NCBI GenBank assembly: GCA_963783575.1
Contig: CAWAOD010000004.1
Coordinates: forward strand, 128,001 to 192,000
Reading direction: 5' to 3'
From: an uncultured Spirochaetota bacterium
GTDB taxonomy: Bacteria > Spirochaetota > Brevinematia > Brevinematales > JAOACQ01
Length of the DNA stretch: 64,000 nt
Shown here one piece after another: positions 1-10,508 of the stretch. The notes under the pieces are model-generated. The model made no database searches and was not told where the DNA came from. It saw only the letters and a program-made list of their open reading frames with translations. The first letter of the stretch is position 1; every line of letters starts with the position of its first letter. Both the position numbers and the translations under genes were made by a program.

Positions 1-2475
1 GATTCCAGAGAAAGCGCGACCGCGGGATACCTTTTCGGGCTTCTTAAGAGAACCCCGCTGCTGATTTTGACCGCTACCCCGATCCAGAACAATCTTTTCG
101 AGCTCTGGGGCCTGTCTTCTTTCATTCTACCTGAGTATAATAAGAGTTATCTCGGCCAGTTCAATCATTTCAGGGAGCTATTCATACAAAATAATGAAAT
201 CCTGATTGATAAAATCCCCGAGCTTAAAGAAAGGACCGGGAACTTCATGATCCGCAACCTGAGGAACCAGGCCCAGGTCTTTATGGACTATAAATTTACC
301 ATGAGGGAATGCCACACCCTTAATTTTCACATGTCCGATGAGGAAAAATCGATTTATAACAGTATTTCGAATTATTTCGACAGGGACGATATTTTCGCGT
401 ACAGCCCGAATGGGATAATAGACCTGAAAAACGAAAAAAGGGCGGGCCTGCGGACGCTTCTCAAACTCAGTTACAGGAGGACGCTTGGAAGCTCGTTTAA
501 AGCTCTGGCATCAAGTCTTAATAGCATAATCGAACGCCTTGAAAACATGAAAAGCGGCGTTTTCCCGATTGCCGGAACATTTGTTGAGACGGACGATCCC
601 GGGAATGACGAGGAAGACAGGATTTCAACAGGGATAAACGTCGGTGGCCCGGATAATCTCAACTTTGATGATGAAACCGCCGGACAATCCTTTTCCGATA
701 AACCGGATATTTCGGGGATAGAGGAAGAAATAAACCTGGTCAGATCATTCATTGATCTTGCGGGGGAAATTAGCGTTACTGGGAAGGATGAGCTGATTTT
801 AAACACGCTGAAAGACCTGTTTAATAATAAAAATAAATTCTATCAGAAAGCCGTGATATTCACCACATACCGGGCGACTCAGCAGCATATAAGAGACATT
901 TTTGAAAACGACGGCGAATTCATTAACAGTACGGTCCTGTTTTCTGGCGGTGGAGGAAAGACCGAAAGGGAAAAAGCGGATATTGAAGAAGCCGTAAGGA
1001 TCTGGAAGGAGGAAGCGGGAAATTCGATCCCGGAGGATGAAAGGCCGTCCGGGGAAGCTCTCGAAAGAACAGCCTTGGTTTATCTTTTCAAAATCAGAAA
1101 AAAGCTTTTCATTTCAACGGAAGCGGGCGCTAAGGGACTGAACCTCCAGTTCTGTAACATCATAATTAATTACGACCTGCCCTGGAATCCCCAGAGAATC
1201 GAGCAGAGAATAGGCAGGTGCCATAGATACGGCCAGGAAAGGGATGTGCTTGTTGTCAACTGCATCAACGCAGACAACGAAACGGAAAAGCGGATTCATG
1301 AAATCCTTTCGGGAAAATTCGACCTTTTCAGGAATGTTCTCGGCGCCGGGGATGACATCCTCGGAACTCTCAGTAAAGCCATAAATTTTGAGGCAAGGGT
1401 CAATGATATTCTGAATACTTTCAAAACTGAGAAAGACAGGCTGGATCAATTACAAAGATTTGAGGAAGAAATCAGCGACGAAATAAAAAAACTTCGGAAT
1501 GAAAAGCTTATTAAAGCCAGGGGACTGCTGAACGACCTTGACCCCAATGTAAAAAACAGGCTGAAAAATATCCGCGAAAAACTGCCGAAGGCTTTCAGCC
1601 AGTATGATAAGGATATGCTGGAACTTCTGAAAAATTACGCGGCCTCTTCGAGTAAGATTTTTGAAGAGACCGGGAAAACTGAAGACAGGATTTTTTTCAG
1701 GTTCGATAATGAAAATTACTATCTTGGAAAAATAGATGAGTTCAATATTACTGATTGCAGGCATATCAGCCTTAAAAGCGGAATCGTTTCCGGAGTTATG
1801 AATAAAATAAAGGGAAAAACCGATGGAATCTGCGGAAATATCGAATTCGATTATTCCAATTCGCCTGAAAAGAGCGGTATTTTGAAACCTTATCTGAACT
1901 GCCGGGGAAAATGGGACTTTTTCAGGGTGAATTTCTGCGGCCTTGAGGAGGAAGAGGTCCTCTATGATATTATTGTTATCGAAAGAGAGAACGGATTGTA
2001 CCGGCTGACCGCAGAGGAATCGGCCGCGCTTAAACGGATTGAATTTAATTTAAGAGCGGAATTCTCAAATCCTGTTTCATCAGGTATAATTGAGTTTCTT
2101 GAGGATACAGCAAAAAAAGATGAAATCAGGATACAGGAATGCCAGCAGCCCAGGCTTGATAAAAAACTTCATAATCTTGAAATAGAATTAAAGGACAGGG
2201 AAGATTACATCAGGAACCAGCTTAACGAGGCCCAGGTAAAAATCTCAGAACTGGACAAAAAAATCAGGACAACCACAAGCCGCGAAGACGGTCAGAAATT
2301 GATCAAAGAGCGTGAAATTCTTCAAAAGCGTATCGCAAAGCATGAGGAAGATATTCTTGATTTTAAGCGGGATTTCCGGAAGATTTACGACGAAGAAGAA
2401 AACAATCTTATTTCAAAACGTTTTATAGACAAAAAGGCAGAAAAAATATTCTCGCTGGATTTTATTATCAGGTAA
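1..2475 (+). CDS. SNF2/RapA-like SF2 helicase with C-terminal coiled coil (5' end outside window)
   Basis: Frame open from base 1; motifs LTATPIQN, TEAGAKGLNLQ, YDLPWNP, QRIGRCHRYGQ. Confidence 0.9.
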   Translation, partial: DSRESATAGYLFGLLKRTPLLILTATPIQNNLFELWGLSSFILPEYNKSYLGQFNHFRELFIQNNEILIDKIPELKERTGNFMIRNLRNQAQVFMDYKFTMRECHTLNFHMSDEEKSIYNSISNYFDRDDIFAYSPNGIIDLKNEKRAGLRTLLKLSYRRTLGSSFKALASSLNSIIERLENMKSGVFPIAGTFVETDDPGNDEEDRISTGINVGGPDNLNFDDETAGQSFSDKPDISGIEEEINLVRSFIDLAGEISVTGKDELILNTLKDLFNNKNKFYQKAVIFTTYRATQQHIRDIFENDGEFINSTVLFSGGGGKTEREKADIEEAVRIWKEEAGNSIPEDERPSGEALERTALVYLFKIRKKLFISTEAGAKGLNLQFCNIIINYDLPWNPQRIEQRIGRCHRYGQERDVLVVNCINADNETEKRIHEILSGKFDLFRNVLGAGDDILGTLSKAINFEARVNDILNTFKTEKDRLDQLQRFEEEISDEIKKLRNEKLIKARGLLNDLDPNVKNRLKNIREKLPKAFSQYDKDMLELLKNYAASSSKIFEETGKTEDRIFFRFDNENYYLGKIDEFNITDCRHISLKSGIVSGVMNKIKGKTDGICGNIEFDYSNSPEKSGILKPYLNCRGKWDFFRVNFCGLEEEEVLYDIIVIERENGLYRLTAEESAALKRIEFNLRAEFSNPVSSGIIEFLEDTAKKDEIRIQECQQPRLDKKLHNLEIELKDREDYIRNQLNEAQVKISELDKKIRTTTSREDGQKLIKEREILQKRIAKHEEDILDFKRDFRKIYDEEENNLISKRFIDKKAEKIFSLDFIIR

Positions 2476-2485
2476 GGAAAGATAT

Positions 2486-3670
2486 ATGGAATTTATTCAT
2501 ACGGCCGACTGGCACATCGGCAATAGCTTCGGCAATTTCGAAAGGGAAAAGAGGGAAGAACTTCGTGAAGCCGTCGTTTCGGCTGTCAGGAATATTTTTA
2601 TTTTCGCTGAAAAAAATAAAATACCGCTTATCCTTGCGGCAGGTGACAATCTTGACACAAGCCTGACCGCGGACGGGAAACATCTTTTCAGGATGCTTGA
2701 AATTATCAGAAATTACCCGGATATTCAAGTTATAATGATCGCCGGGAACCATGACCCGCTGGTTTATAACAATATTTACCACAGCATAGAAAAGTCTAAT
2801 TATCCCGGGAACCTGCATTTTGTCCGTAATGATAAGGAAGTAATCGACCTGAAAGAATTCGGCATAAAAATCATCGCCGGTTCTTTAAAGGAAAAAACCG
2901 GGAATTTCAGCCCTCTTTCCCGGATCGAACATTCCGATATCGATGAAAGCATAATCAATGTCGGGCTTTTCCATGGAAGCATTAAAAACGCGCAATTCGG
3001 AGACAATTCATTTCCGATTGACGCGGACTCGGCGGAAAAATTCGGGCTTGATTACCTTGCTCTCGGGGACTGGCATTCTTACAACAGGATAAACGAAAGG
3101 ACATATTACCCCGGATGCCCGGAATGTCTACAGTTCGGGGACGAAGGCTATCCGCTGAAGGTTACGATTAAGGAAAGGGGATTTGTGCCGCAGGTTGAAA
3201 AGATCACCGGAATAAGCAACATGAAATGGAATTCCATTAATGAAACTGTTTCGGACGATTCTTTCCAGGAATTCTCAAGGCGTTTTAAGGATATTCCATT
3301 GAGAGAAATTCGAAAAGCGGAAATTACAGGCTTTTTATCCCCTGCTTGCTATAAAGCCTATAAGGAAATTCTGGCGATGTTCGGCGATAGATATTTTGAA
3401 ATTGAGGACAGGGTTCATTTAAAGCCCGATGAAAATCAAATTCTTGAATGCACGGATGATATTCTCATAAAAAATATCATTAAAAGATTGTTCGCTTTGA
3501 AATCGGGTGAAACGGCTTTTCCTGATGAGATCAGGGACGGACTGATACCCGGGCTGGTTGAAAGACCTGCCGTCATGAATAAAATAGATGACATAAAGAA
3601 CAGCAATATCGCAGAAAGGGCGTTGATGAAAATATTTAAACTTTTGAAAGAAGATTCCGGAGGATTTTAA
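2486..3670 (+). CDS. SbcD/Mre11-like metallophosphoesterase nuclease
   Basis: HTADWH, AGD, GNHD, FHG, LGDWH motifs. Confidence 0.9.
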   Translation: MEFIHTADWHIGNSFGNFEREKREELREAVVSAVRNIFIFAEKNKIPLILAAGDNLDTSLTADGKHLFRMLEIIRNYPDIQVIMIAGNHDPLVYNNIYHSIEKSNYPGNLHFVRNDKEVIDLKEFGIKIIAGSLKEKTGNFSPLSRIEHSDIDESIINVGLFHGSIKNAQFGDNSFPIDADSAEKFGLDYLALGDWHSYNRINERTYYPGCPECLQFGDEGYPLKVTIKERGFVPQVEKITGISNMKWNSINETVSDDSFQEFSRRFKDIPLREIRKAEITGFLSPACYKAYKEILAMFGDRYFEIEDRVHLKPDENQILECTDDILIKNIIKRLFALKSGETAFPDEIRDGLIPGLVERPAVMNKIDDIKNSNIAERALMKIFKLLKEDSGGF

Positions 3671-3671
3671 T

Positions 3672-6600
3672 ATGCGTATCTCCAGGATTGAACTGGAAAA
3701 CTGGAAGGGGATTCAAAAGGCGGCTATTGATATCGGCCAGGGAATAAACCTGCTGTCGGGCAGAAACGAGATCGGGAAATCAACCATAATAGAAGCCGTC
3801 AGGCTTTCAATTCTTGGCGACACAAAAAGCGATAAAAAGGATTTGTATAATTTTGTTCCATGGGGAACGAGCGTTAAAGCCGCTGTTAAGCTCACATTTC
3901 TTACCGGAGCAGGCCGGGAATACCGTATTGAAAAATCTTTCCCGAAGGGAATCGCGAATTTTTATGAAAACGGCAGGATAGTTTCCGATGATATGAAAAA
4001 AACCAGGGAAAATATATTCCGGACCCTGAACATAAATGAAAATCTGGAAAGTATTTTCAACCTCCTTATCATCGAGCAGGGAAAAGCCTTGAATATTATC
4101 ACCGAACCGGATAAAATCATCGGCCCCGATTTCAGGAATTTTATCGGTGACTCTATCACAGAAACACTGATGCAAAATATCCAGCGCCTGGAAAACGTAT
4201 TGAATGAAGAATATAAAAAAATCTTTACCGATGGAGGCGTTTTGATAAAAGGCCAGAAGGCTTCCGAATTTTATAAAGCACTGCAGGATGAAGAAAGCTT
4301 AAGGAATTTCATTGAGAAACTGAAATCGGAAAAAATGCTGTTGGATGATAAAATAGAACAGCTTAAAAAAATTGATGAAAAGCTCTATGATATCAAAAAA
4401 GAAGAAGAAGACCTTAAAAATAAAATTGAACAATACAGGAAGAAAGAAAGAGCTTTGATTGAATTTGAGAGAGAAAAGCTGATATATCAGCAAATAGAGG
4501 AAAAATACCGGGATTATAAACGGACCGATAATGAAATCGAAATAATCAGGGATCAGGAACTGCCGAAATGGGAGGGTTTCAGAAAAAGTCTTCTGGATAT
4601 TTCCGGAATTAAAATTGAAGAGGCAAATCGGGATAAAAAAGCGTATGAACTGGAACTTGAGCAGTTGAAAAATAAGAAAGCTGTTCTCGATCAATTGCAG
4701 AACGAAAAAAAAGATTTTGAGCTGATGAAGGAAAAACTGCAGGATTTGGAGAATATTAGAAAGGAAAAGGCGATAATTCGTGATAATCTTCCTGAGCTTC
4801 TTCTGCAGAACCGTTATTCAAACAGAAAACAGGCTGAGGATATTATAAAAAAGCTGGAAAACAATACGAAAATGAGTGAAAATATCGATTGTTTGCAGAA
4901 AAAACTTCTGGAAAGAAAGGATATTATTAAAAAGGATGTCGATTCGGCAAAGATTTTAGAAAAAGATATCAATTCAATCAAAACAAGGCTCGAAGCTTTC
5001 AAATCCAGGCTGAATCTAAGCCTTTCAATCACATCGCTTGAAAATAAAGAACTGGATTTCAAAATAAAAAAAGATGAAGATGATTACCGGAATTATCATA
5101 TCGATAAACCGGCCGATTTTAAGGATTTCAGTAAAATTTCCCTGCAGTACAATGACGATTTTATGCTGGATTTTCAGGGAGAATTAACCGGCGCGGATAT
5201 CAAAGGCCAGCAGAACCTCCTGAAGGATAAAAACCGGGAACTGAATAACGTTCTGGAAAAATACGGAACTGACTCGTTTGAAAATCTTGAGAAAATCTAT
5301 CAGGAGCAGGAAATTTTAAAAAAAGAAATTGTTGAAATGACTAAAAATTTAATACAGCCGGGAGATATTCGGAAATTGAACTATGATAAAATCGAACTGG
5401 ACCAATTCCTGAAGAGAAATATTGATGAAGAAATAAGTAAAATACCCGAATTAAAAGATCGTATTTTAACTTACCGGCCCGAAATGGATTTACCTGGAGC
5501 CAGGGACTCGCTGATCAAATTAACCGGTGAAAGGGACCATCTAAAGGATCAGGAAAAGAAACTTTTGCAGAATGAGACATATGATGATTTCATTAAGCAT
5601 TTTGACAGGATAAAGCAGGAAATCGCATCGCGGGAACAGAATCTAAGCGCTTTGGAACCTGAAAGTCTTACGGAAGTCACCCAAAAAGATATAGATCGAA
5701 AAAATGAGGAAATAGTCCGCCAGGCAAATATAATTAATAAATTAATCGATAATAAGAATCTTCTTGAAAAAACTGATACTAAATGTATATGCATGGATAA
5801 CGGGGGCATTCCATGTCCGGATGAGCTGCAGGTCAGGGATAAAATTAACGAATTCATAATAAAATTATCGACTGCTGAAAAGCATATGAAAGAAGAAATT
5901 CTAAAAGACATCACAAAAGAAGAATTGATAAATCAGCGTACAGATAAAACAAATCTTATCAATACTAAAGCAATTGAAATAAAAGAAATGCCGCCTGTAT
6001 ATTTCAGTGAATCGAAAAGTTTAACGAATGCGATTAAAAATCTGGAAACTTTACTTAATTTGAAGGTTTCGGAAATCAGGAAAAGTGAAAAGGAAAAGAC
6101 TATCCTTGAAACCGAGATTAAAAATTCGGGCAGTTTAGATGACGAAATAAACGAAAAAGAATATGCTTACCGTAAGCTGGTTGATGTGATTGAAGATAAA
6201 TATGCGGACTTATGCTCTTTAAAGCTGCTGCTTCGGATAATTCATGAGGAAAAGGAAAAGGCTGAAAGCGATGTTTTCCGTCCTGTCAGGGACAGGATGT
6301 CGCAGATGTTTTCAAAGCTGGTTTCCGACAGGTATTCTCTAAATATCGGAAACGACCTGAACCTCGCTTTATCAGTGAAGACGATAGACAACCGGGAATT
6401 GGAAAATATTCAGGATTTTGTGTCTTTCGGAACGAAAGAGCAATTGTCCTTCCTCTTCAGGCTTTCTATTGCAGAAACATTGTCACAGGCTGAAACGCAG
6501 TTTATGGTCCTCGACGATTCCTTTGTGAATACTGATAAATTCAGAATGAAGGAACTTTTGAAAATCATGGCTCAATACAAAAACAGGATCCAATTTCTTA

Positions 6601-6683
6601 TCTTTACCTGTAGGCCCGAGGATTACAATGATTTTGAAGGGGAAATAAATCGGGTTGATCTTGAGAAATTGATTGAAAAATAA
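3672..6683 (+). CDS. SbcC/Rad50 (YhaN-like) ABC-ATPase with long coiled coil
   Basis: Walker A GRNEIGKST, signature-like VSFGTKEQ, Walker B VLDD; starts 1 bp after the nuclease gene. Confidence 0.88.
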   Translation: MRISRIELENWKGIQKAAIDIGQGINLLSGRNEIGKSTIIEAVRLSILGDTKSDKKDLYNFVPWGTSVKAAVKLTFLTGAGREYRIEKSFPKGIANFYENGRIVSDDMKKTRENIFRTLNINENLESIFNLLIIEQGKALNIITEPDKIIGPDFRNFIGDSITETLMQNIQRLENVLNEEYKKIFTDGGVLIKGQKASEFYKALQDEESLRNFIEKLKSEKMLLDDKIEQLKKIDEKLYDIKKEEEDLKNKIEQYRKKERALIEFEREKLIYQQIEEKYRDYKRTDNEIEIIRDQELPKWEGFRKSLLDISGIKIEEANRDKKAYELELEQLKNKKAVLDQLQNEKKDFELMKEKLQDLENIRKEKAIIRDNLPELLLQNRYSNRKQAEDIIKKLENNTKMSENIDCLQKKLLERKDIIKKDVDSAKILEKDINSIKTRLEAFKSRLNLSLSITSLENKELDFKIKKDEDDYRNYHIDKPADFKDFSKISLQYNDDFMLDFQGELTGADIKGQQNLLKDKNRELNNVLEKYGTDSFENLEKIYQEQEILKKEIVEMTKNLIQPGDIRKLNYDKIELDQFLKRNIDEEISKIPELKDRILTYRPEMDLPGARDSLIKLTGERDHLKDQEKKLLQNETYDDFIKHFDRIKQEIASREQNLSALEPESLTEVTQKDIDRKNEEIVRQANIINKLIDNKNLLEKTDTKCICMDNGGIPCPDELQVRDKINEFIIKLSTAEKHMKEEILKDITKEELINQRTDKTNLINTKAIEIKEMPPVYFSESKSLTNAIKNLETLLNLKVSEIRKSEKEKTILETEIKNSGSLDDEINEKEYAYRKLVDVIEDKYADLCSLKLLLRIIHEEKEKAESDVFRPVRDRMSQMFSKLVSDRYSLNIGNDLNLALSVKTIDNRELENIQDFVSFGTKEQLSFLFRLSIAETLSQAETQFMVLDDSFVNTDKFRMKELLKIMAQYKNRIQFLIFTCRPEDYNDFEGEINRVDLEKLIEK

Positions 6684-6720
6684 CGCATTATTTCAATATT
6701 TACATTTCCGGACACCAATT

Positions 6721-6749
6721 TTGATAAATTATATCTTACTTATTATAAT
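6721..6749 (+). promoter_or_regulatory. sigma70-like promoter for the small gene pair
   Basis: TTGATA-17 bp-TATAAT, although in AT-rich context. Confidence 0.5.
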
Positions 6750-6796
6750 TAAGATATCGGTTTTTTAACAACAATTATTTGAATTTGGAATTTATA

Positions 6797-7105
6797 ATGC
6801 CGGAAAAAGATTATATTGAATATTTTACTGATATTATCAGAATGATTGTATATTTCTACTCTGATAAAAATGATATCTTAAATTTTGTTGTAAAACTTGA
6901 GTTTTTTTATTTAGCTGAATGGAAAGAAGTTGAAAGATATGATTGTTTTCATGAAATTGTTCATAAAGATATATTTAATATTAGAGGAGTAAAGAAAAGA
7001 GTTATTAAATATGAAGCAGTTGATCAAAAAGCTGGTTTGAATATGGCTGTATTAGATTTTAAGGAAAATTACCAATATTATATATGGAGGTTCATTAATG
7101 ATTAA
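6797..7105 (+). CDS. Small protein with RYDxxH motif, possible toxin (DUF7718/TumE-like)
   Basis: EVERYDCFHEIVHKD; AT-rich; overlaps the downstream small ORF. Confidence 0.5.
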   Translation: MPEKDYIEYFTDIIRMIVYFYSDKNDILNFVVKLEFFYLAEWKEVERYDCFHEIVHKDIFNIRGVKKRVIKYEAVDQKAGLNMAVLDFKENYQYYIWRFIND

Positions 7106-7280
7106 AAAGAGAAATATGACAAATGCCGAATGGGCAGATAAATTTTTAAAAAAGCAGGGCTTGAGGGAATTAACCGCTGAAGAGCGGAATTCTCCTGAGT
7201 TCAAGAAATCGCTGGATAATACGAGACTTTATTTAAATGAATTGGAGACTAAATATTTTAAAAGTAAGAAAAATAAATGA
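7098..7280 (+). CDS. 60-aa protein, possible antitoxin/partner
   Basis: GGAGG RBS; 8-bp overlap with the upstream ORF. Confidence 0.5.
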   Translation: MIKKRNMTNAEWADKFLKKQGLRELTAEERNSPEFKKSLDNTRLYLNELETKYFKSKKNK

Positions 7281-7310
7281 AAAATAGTATATCCCGCCTT
7301 TGGAGACATC

Positions 7311-10300
7311 ATGCCGTTTTATCTATATAAAGCCTCGGCCGGTTCCGGCAAAACATATACGCTTGTCCGTGAATACATTGCAGAGCTTATACAAAACCCC
7401 GGAAAGTTAAAGCATATTCTCGCCGTTACTTTTACAAACAAAGCGGCAGGCGAAATGAAAGAAAGGATTTTGAAAGCCCTCAAAAGCCTTTCCGCAGGCA
7501 ATGAAAGCCATTTGATGCTGGATTTGAAAGCCCGCTTTCCCGGCCTTGACGTTGAATTCAGGGCCGGCGGGATACTTCAAAAGATTCTCCACCATTACTC
7601 GGATTTTCACATCATGACCATCGACAGTTTTACTTACAGGATCATACGGAGCTTTGCCCTTGAACTTGGTCTTTCTTCACGTTTTGACGTTGATTTGAAG
7701 CCTGAGAATATTATGGCTAAGGTTGTTGACAGGATTTTAGGCATGGCCGGTATTAATCAGTACATTACCGATATCCTGCTTAAGTTCCTCTTTTCCAGGC
7801 TTAGCGGCTCAAGGGGATGGAATATTGAGCGCAATATGCTTAAAATCGGTAACGATTTCATTAAAGAACAGAATTACCGGTTTATTGACAGGCTTTCACG
7901 CGCGGATAACAATGATATGTTTGAATTGATCAACGGACTTGATAAATCGATAAATTCATTCAGAAATATTATGAAGGAAATGGGAGAAAAAGCGCTGGTG
8001 TTAACACAAAAATCCGGGTTGAAAAAGTCCGATTTCGCCTACCAGGGAAGCGGGAATTACTCGTACTTTGAGAAAATTGCCGGAAGATGCGCCAGCGATG
8101 ATTATAAACCAGGGAACAGGGCCACTGAAGGAAAATGGTACAAAAAAGATTCTTCCTCTGATATAAAAGAAAAGTTTGAACAACTCCCGGAACAGGAACT
8201 TAACGGAATTGTTGCTGATATATGCCGTTACCTTGACGATGAAGGTAATTATAAAAAGTTTATCACAGATACTTCAATTTATGAAAATATCCATACCCTG
8301 GCTTTGATCGATATTATAGTCAAATACCTTGATGATTATAAAAAAAAGAACAATGTAATACCGGTAAGCGATTTTAACAGGAAAATCGCAGGCCTTATGG
8401 AGATTGAAACCATTCCCTTTGTTTTTGTTATGGCCGGCGAAACATTCACCAATTTCCTTCTTGACGAATTCCAGGATACCTCCAGGCTTCAGTGGGAAAA
8501 TATCTATCCCCTGCTCGAAAATTCTCTGGCTTCAGGGTTTTCAAACCTTGCCGTCGGCGACGGAAAACAGGCCATTTACAGGTGGAGAAACGGGGATGTG
8601 GAAATTATGGAAAACGATATCCCCGCCAGGATTCCGGAAGAAAAGCTTGATATAAAGAATCTTTCCGGTAATTACAGAAGCGCGGCGAATATTGTGGATT
8701 TTAATAACAAATTTTTTGAATCGGCTGCCGGGATATTAAAAAAGGATAACATTCTTATCGAAGGGATTTACGCAAACCTGGCCCAGACGGCAAACGGAAA
8801 TAAAAACAGCGGCTATGTACGCGTTGAATTTTTAAGCACGGATGATGTATCGGGTTACCCGGAACTAATCGCCGGTAAGATAGCCGCAATAATTGATAAT
8901 TTAAAGAACTTCGGTTATTCATACAGGGACATTGCCGTCCTGGTGCGGAAAAAAGACGAGGGAAGCGAGATAGCCGGGCTTCTGCTGGAAAGAAACATTC
9001 CGATAATCTCGCCGGATTCCTTATTGATAGGACAGACCGCCGTTATAAGGTTTATTGTATCATGCTTTACTTTTCTGATCAGTAAATACGACCAACTTTT
9101 GAAAGCCGGACTTTATTACCAGTACATCAGACTTCTTGACTGCGAGCCTGGCTTGAAAACCAGACTTCGCGGGGAAGCTGACCGGATTATAATCAATAAA
9201 GATAGGATAAATGATAAAGCCAGCCCGCTTTATATAATCGAGTTATTTTTAGAGAAAACAGCTTTTTTAACCAATCTTCCTTTATATGATCTTATTGAAG
9301 AAATCATACGCCATTTCGGTTTGAATAAACTTGCCGGCGGAGGTTTAAACGGTTATCTTGTACAGTTCCTCTCGATCATTTCCGGGTTTTCGGGAAGCGT
9401 GAACGGGAACATTTCAGATTTTCTGGAATGGTGGGAAGAGAATTCCGATTCCGCGGCCGTATCCATGGACGATAACGCCGATGCCGTTAAAATAATGACC
9501 ATACATAAATCGAAGGGGCTTGAATTCCCAATCGTCATAATACCTTACGCGGATTGGGAGTTTTATCATAATAACGATCTGTACTGGCTGAACCTTGATA
9601 ATCCTGAGCCGAACCGTCCCGGTTTTGATCTGGTTTTCCCTGTAACGGCGTCAAAAAAACTGCTGGAATCCGGTTTTAAAAACGCATACCTGAGAGAAAA
9701 GGAAAAAAATATACTGGATAATTTAAACCTCCTCTATGTCGCTTTCACAAGGGCTATGGATGAATTATACGTCTTTTGCCCTGAAAGTATAGTTAAGGAA
9801 GAAGATGAAGAAATTAAAAACATATCACGGACAATCAAAACCGCTTTAAGTTCGGGCTTTGGCAATGAAATACCGGCTGAATCATATATATCCGGAAGGC
9901 ACACATTAAAATCCGGTGATGGTGAAACTGTTCAAGCCGGTAATGAAGCGCCTGAATTTATATCAAATCCCTGGGTCAAAAAAGTCACGGTCCTTAAAAA
10001 CTCGAAAGACAGGATGCTTGTCAGGGCCGATTCCGGTAAAATAGAGTGGGGCAACCTGCTTCACAATATGCTTTCCGGGATAAAAAGTATTGAGGAAATA
10101 AACCCTGTAATAGAAAAATACAGTGATTCCGGCCAGATTCCGGCAGAGCTTAAGGAAAAGGCATTTGAAGAAATCAGGACAATATTTGAAATTCCACGGG
10201 TTAAAGATTGGACGGACGGAAGCTATGCGATAAAAAGCGAATCGACTGTAATCACGCCGGAAGAAGTAATAAGACCCGACAGGATTTTTATTAAAGGCGA

Positions 10301-10508
10301 TTCCTTGATAATCCTTGACTATAAAACCGGTAAAAAAGAAGCGGCTCATACGGCGCAATTGCAGAAATACGCCGGAATAATCGGCAGGATGGGAAATTTT
10401 AAAATCGAATGTTATTTGCTTTACACGGAAACGCTTGAATTATTAAGCGTACCTCTTGATGCTCAAAAAGCAAATTCTGCCCGGGAGGATGAATTGTGGC
10501 TTTTTTAG
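7311..10508 (+). CDS. addA: AddA/RecB-like UvrD helicase-nuclease
   Basis: ASAGSGKT, TFTNKAA, DEFQD, TIHKSKGLE, LYVAFTRA, C-terminal RPDR..DYKTG nuclease. Confidence 0.88.
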   Translation: MPFYLYKASAGSGKTYTLVREYIAELIQNPGKLKHILAVTFTNKAAGEMKERILKALKSLSAGNESHLMLDLKARFPGLDVEFRAGGILQKILHHYSDFHIMTIDSFTYRIIRSFALELGLSSRFDVDLKPENIMAKVVDRILGMAGINQYITDILLKFLFSRLSGSRGWNIERNMLKIGNDFIKEQNYRFIDRLSRADNNDMFELINGLDKSINSFRNIMKEMGEKALVLTQKSGLKKSDFAYQGSGNYSYFEKIAGRCASDDYKPGNRATEGKWYKKDSSSDIKEKFEQLPEQELNGIVADICRYLDDEGNYKKFITDTSIYENIHTLALIDIIVKYLDDYKKKNNVIPVSDFNRKIAGLMEIETIPFVFVMAGETFTNFLLDEFQDTSRLQWENIYPLLENSLASGFSNLAVGDGKQAIYRWRNGDVEIMENDIPARIPEEKLDIKNLSGNYRSAANIVDFNNKFFESAAGILKKDNILIEGIYANLAQTANGNKNSGYVRVEFLSTDDVSGYPELIAGKIAAIIDNLKNFGYSYRDIAVLVRKKDEGSEIAGLLLERNIPIISPDSLLIGQTAVIRFIVSCFTFLISKYDQLLKAGLYYQYIRLLDCEPGLKTRLRGEADRIIINKDRINDKASPLYIIELFLEKTAFLTNLPLYDLIEEIIRHFGLNKLAGGGLNGYLVQFLSIISGFSGSVNGNISDFLEWWEENSDSAAVSMDDNADAVKIMTIHKSKGLEFPIVIIPYADWEFYHNNDLYWLNLDNPEPNRPGFDLVFPVTASKKLLESGFKNAYLREKEKNILDNLNLLYVAFTRAMDELYVFCPESIVKEEDEEIKNISRTIKTALSSGFGNEIPAESYISGRHTLKSGDGETVQAGNEAPEFISNPWVKKVTVLKNSKDRMLVRADSGKIEWGNLLHNMLSGIKSIEEINPVIEKYSDSGQIPAELKEKAFEEIRTIFEIPRVKDWTDGSYAIKSESTVITPEEVIRPDRIFIKGDSLIILDYKTGKKEAAHTAQLQKYAGIIGRMGNFKIECYLLYTETLELLSVPLDAQKANSAREDELWLF

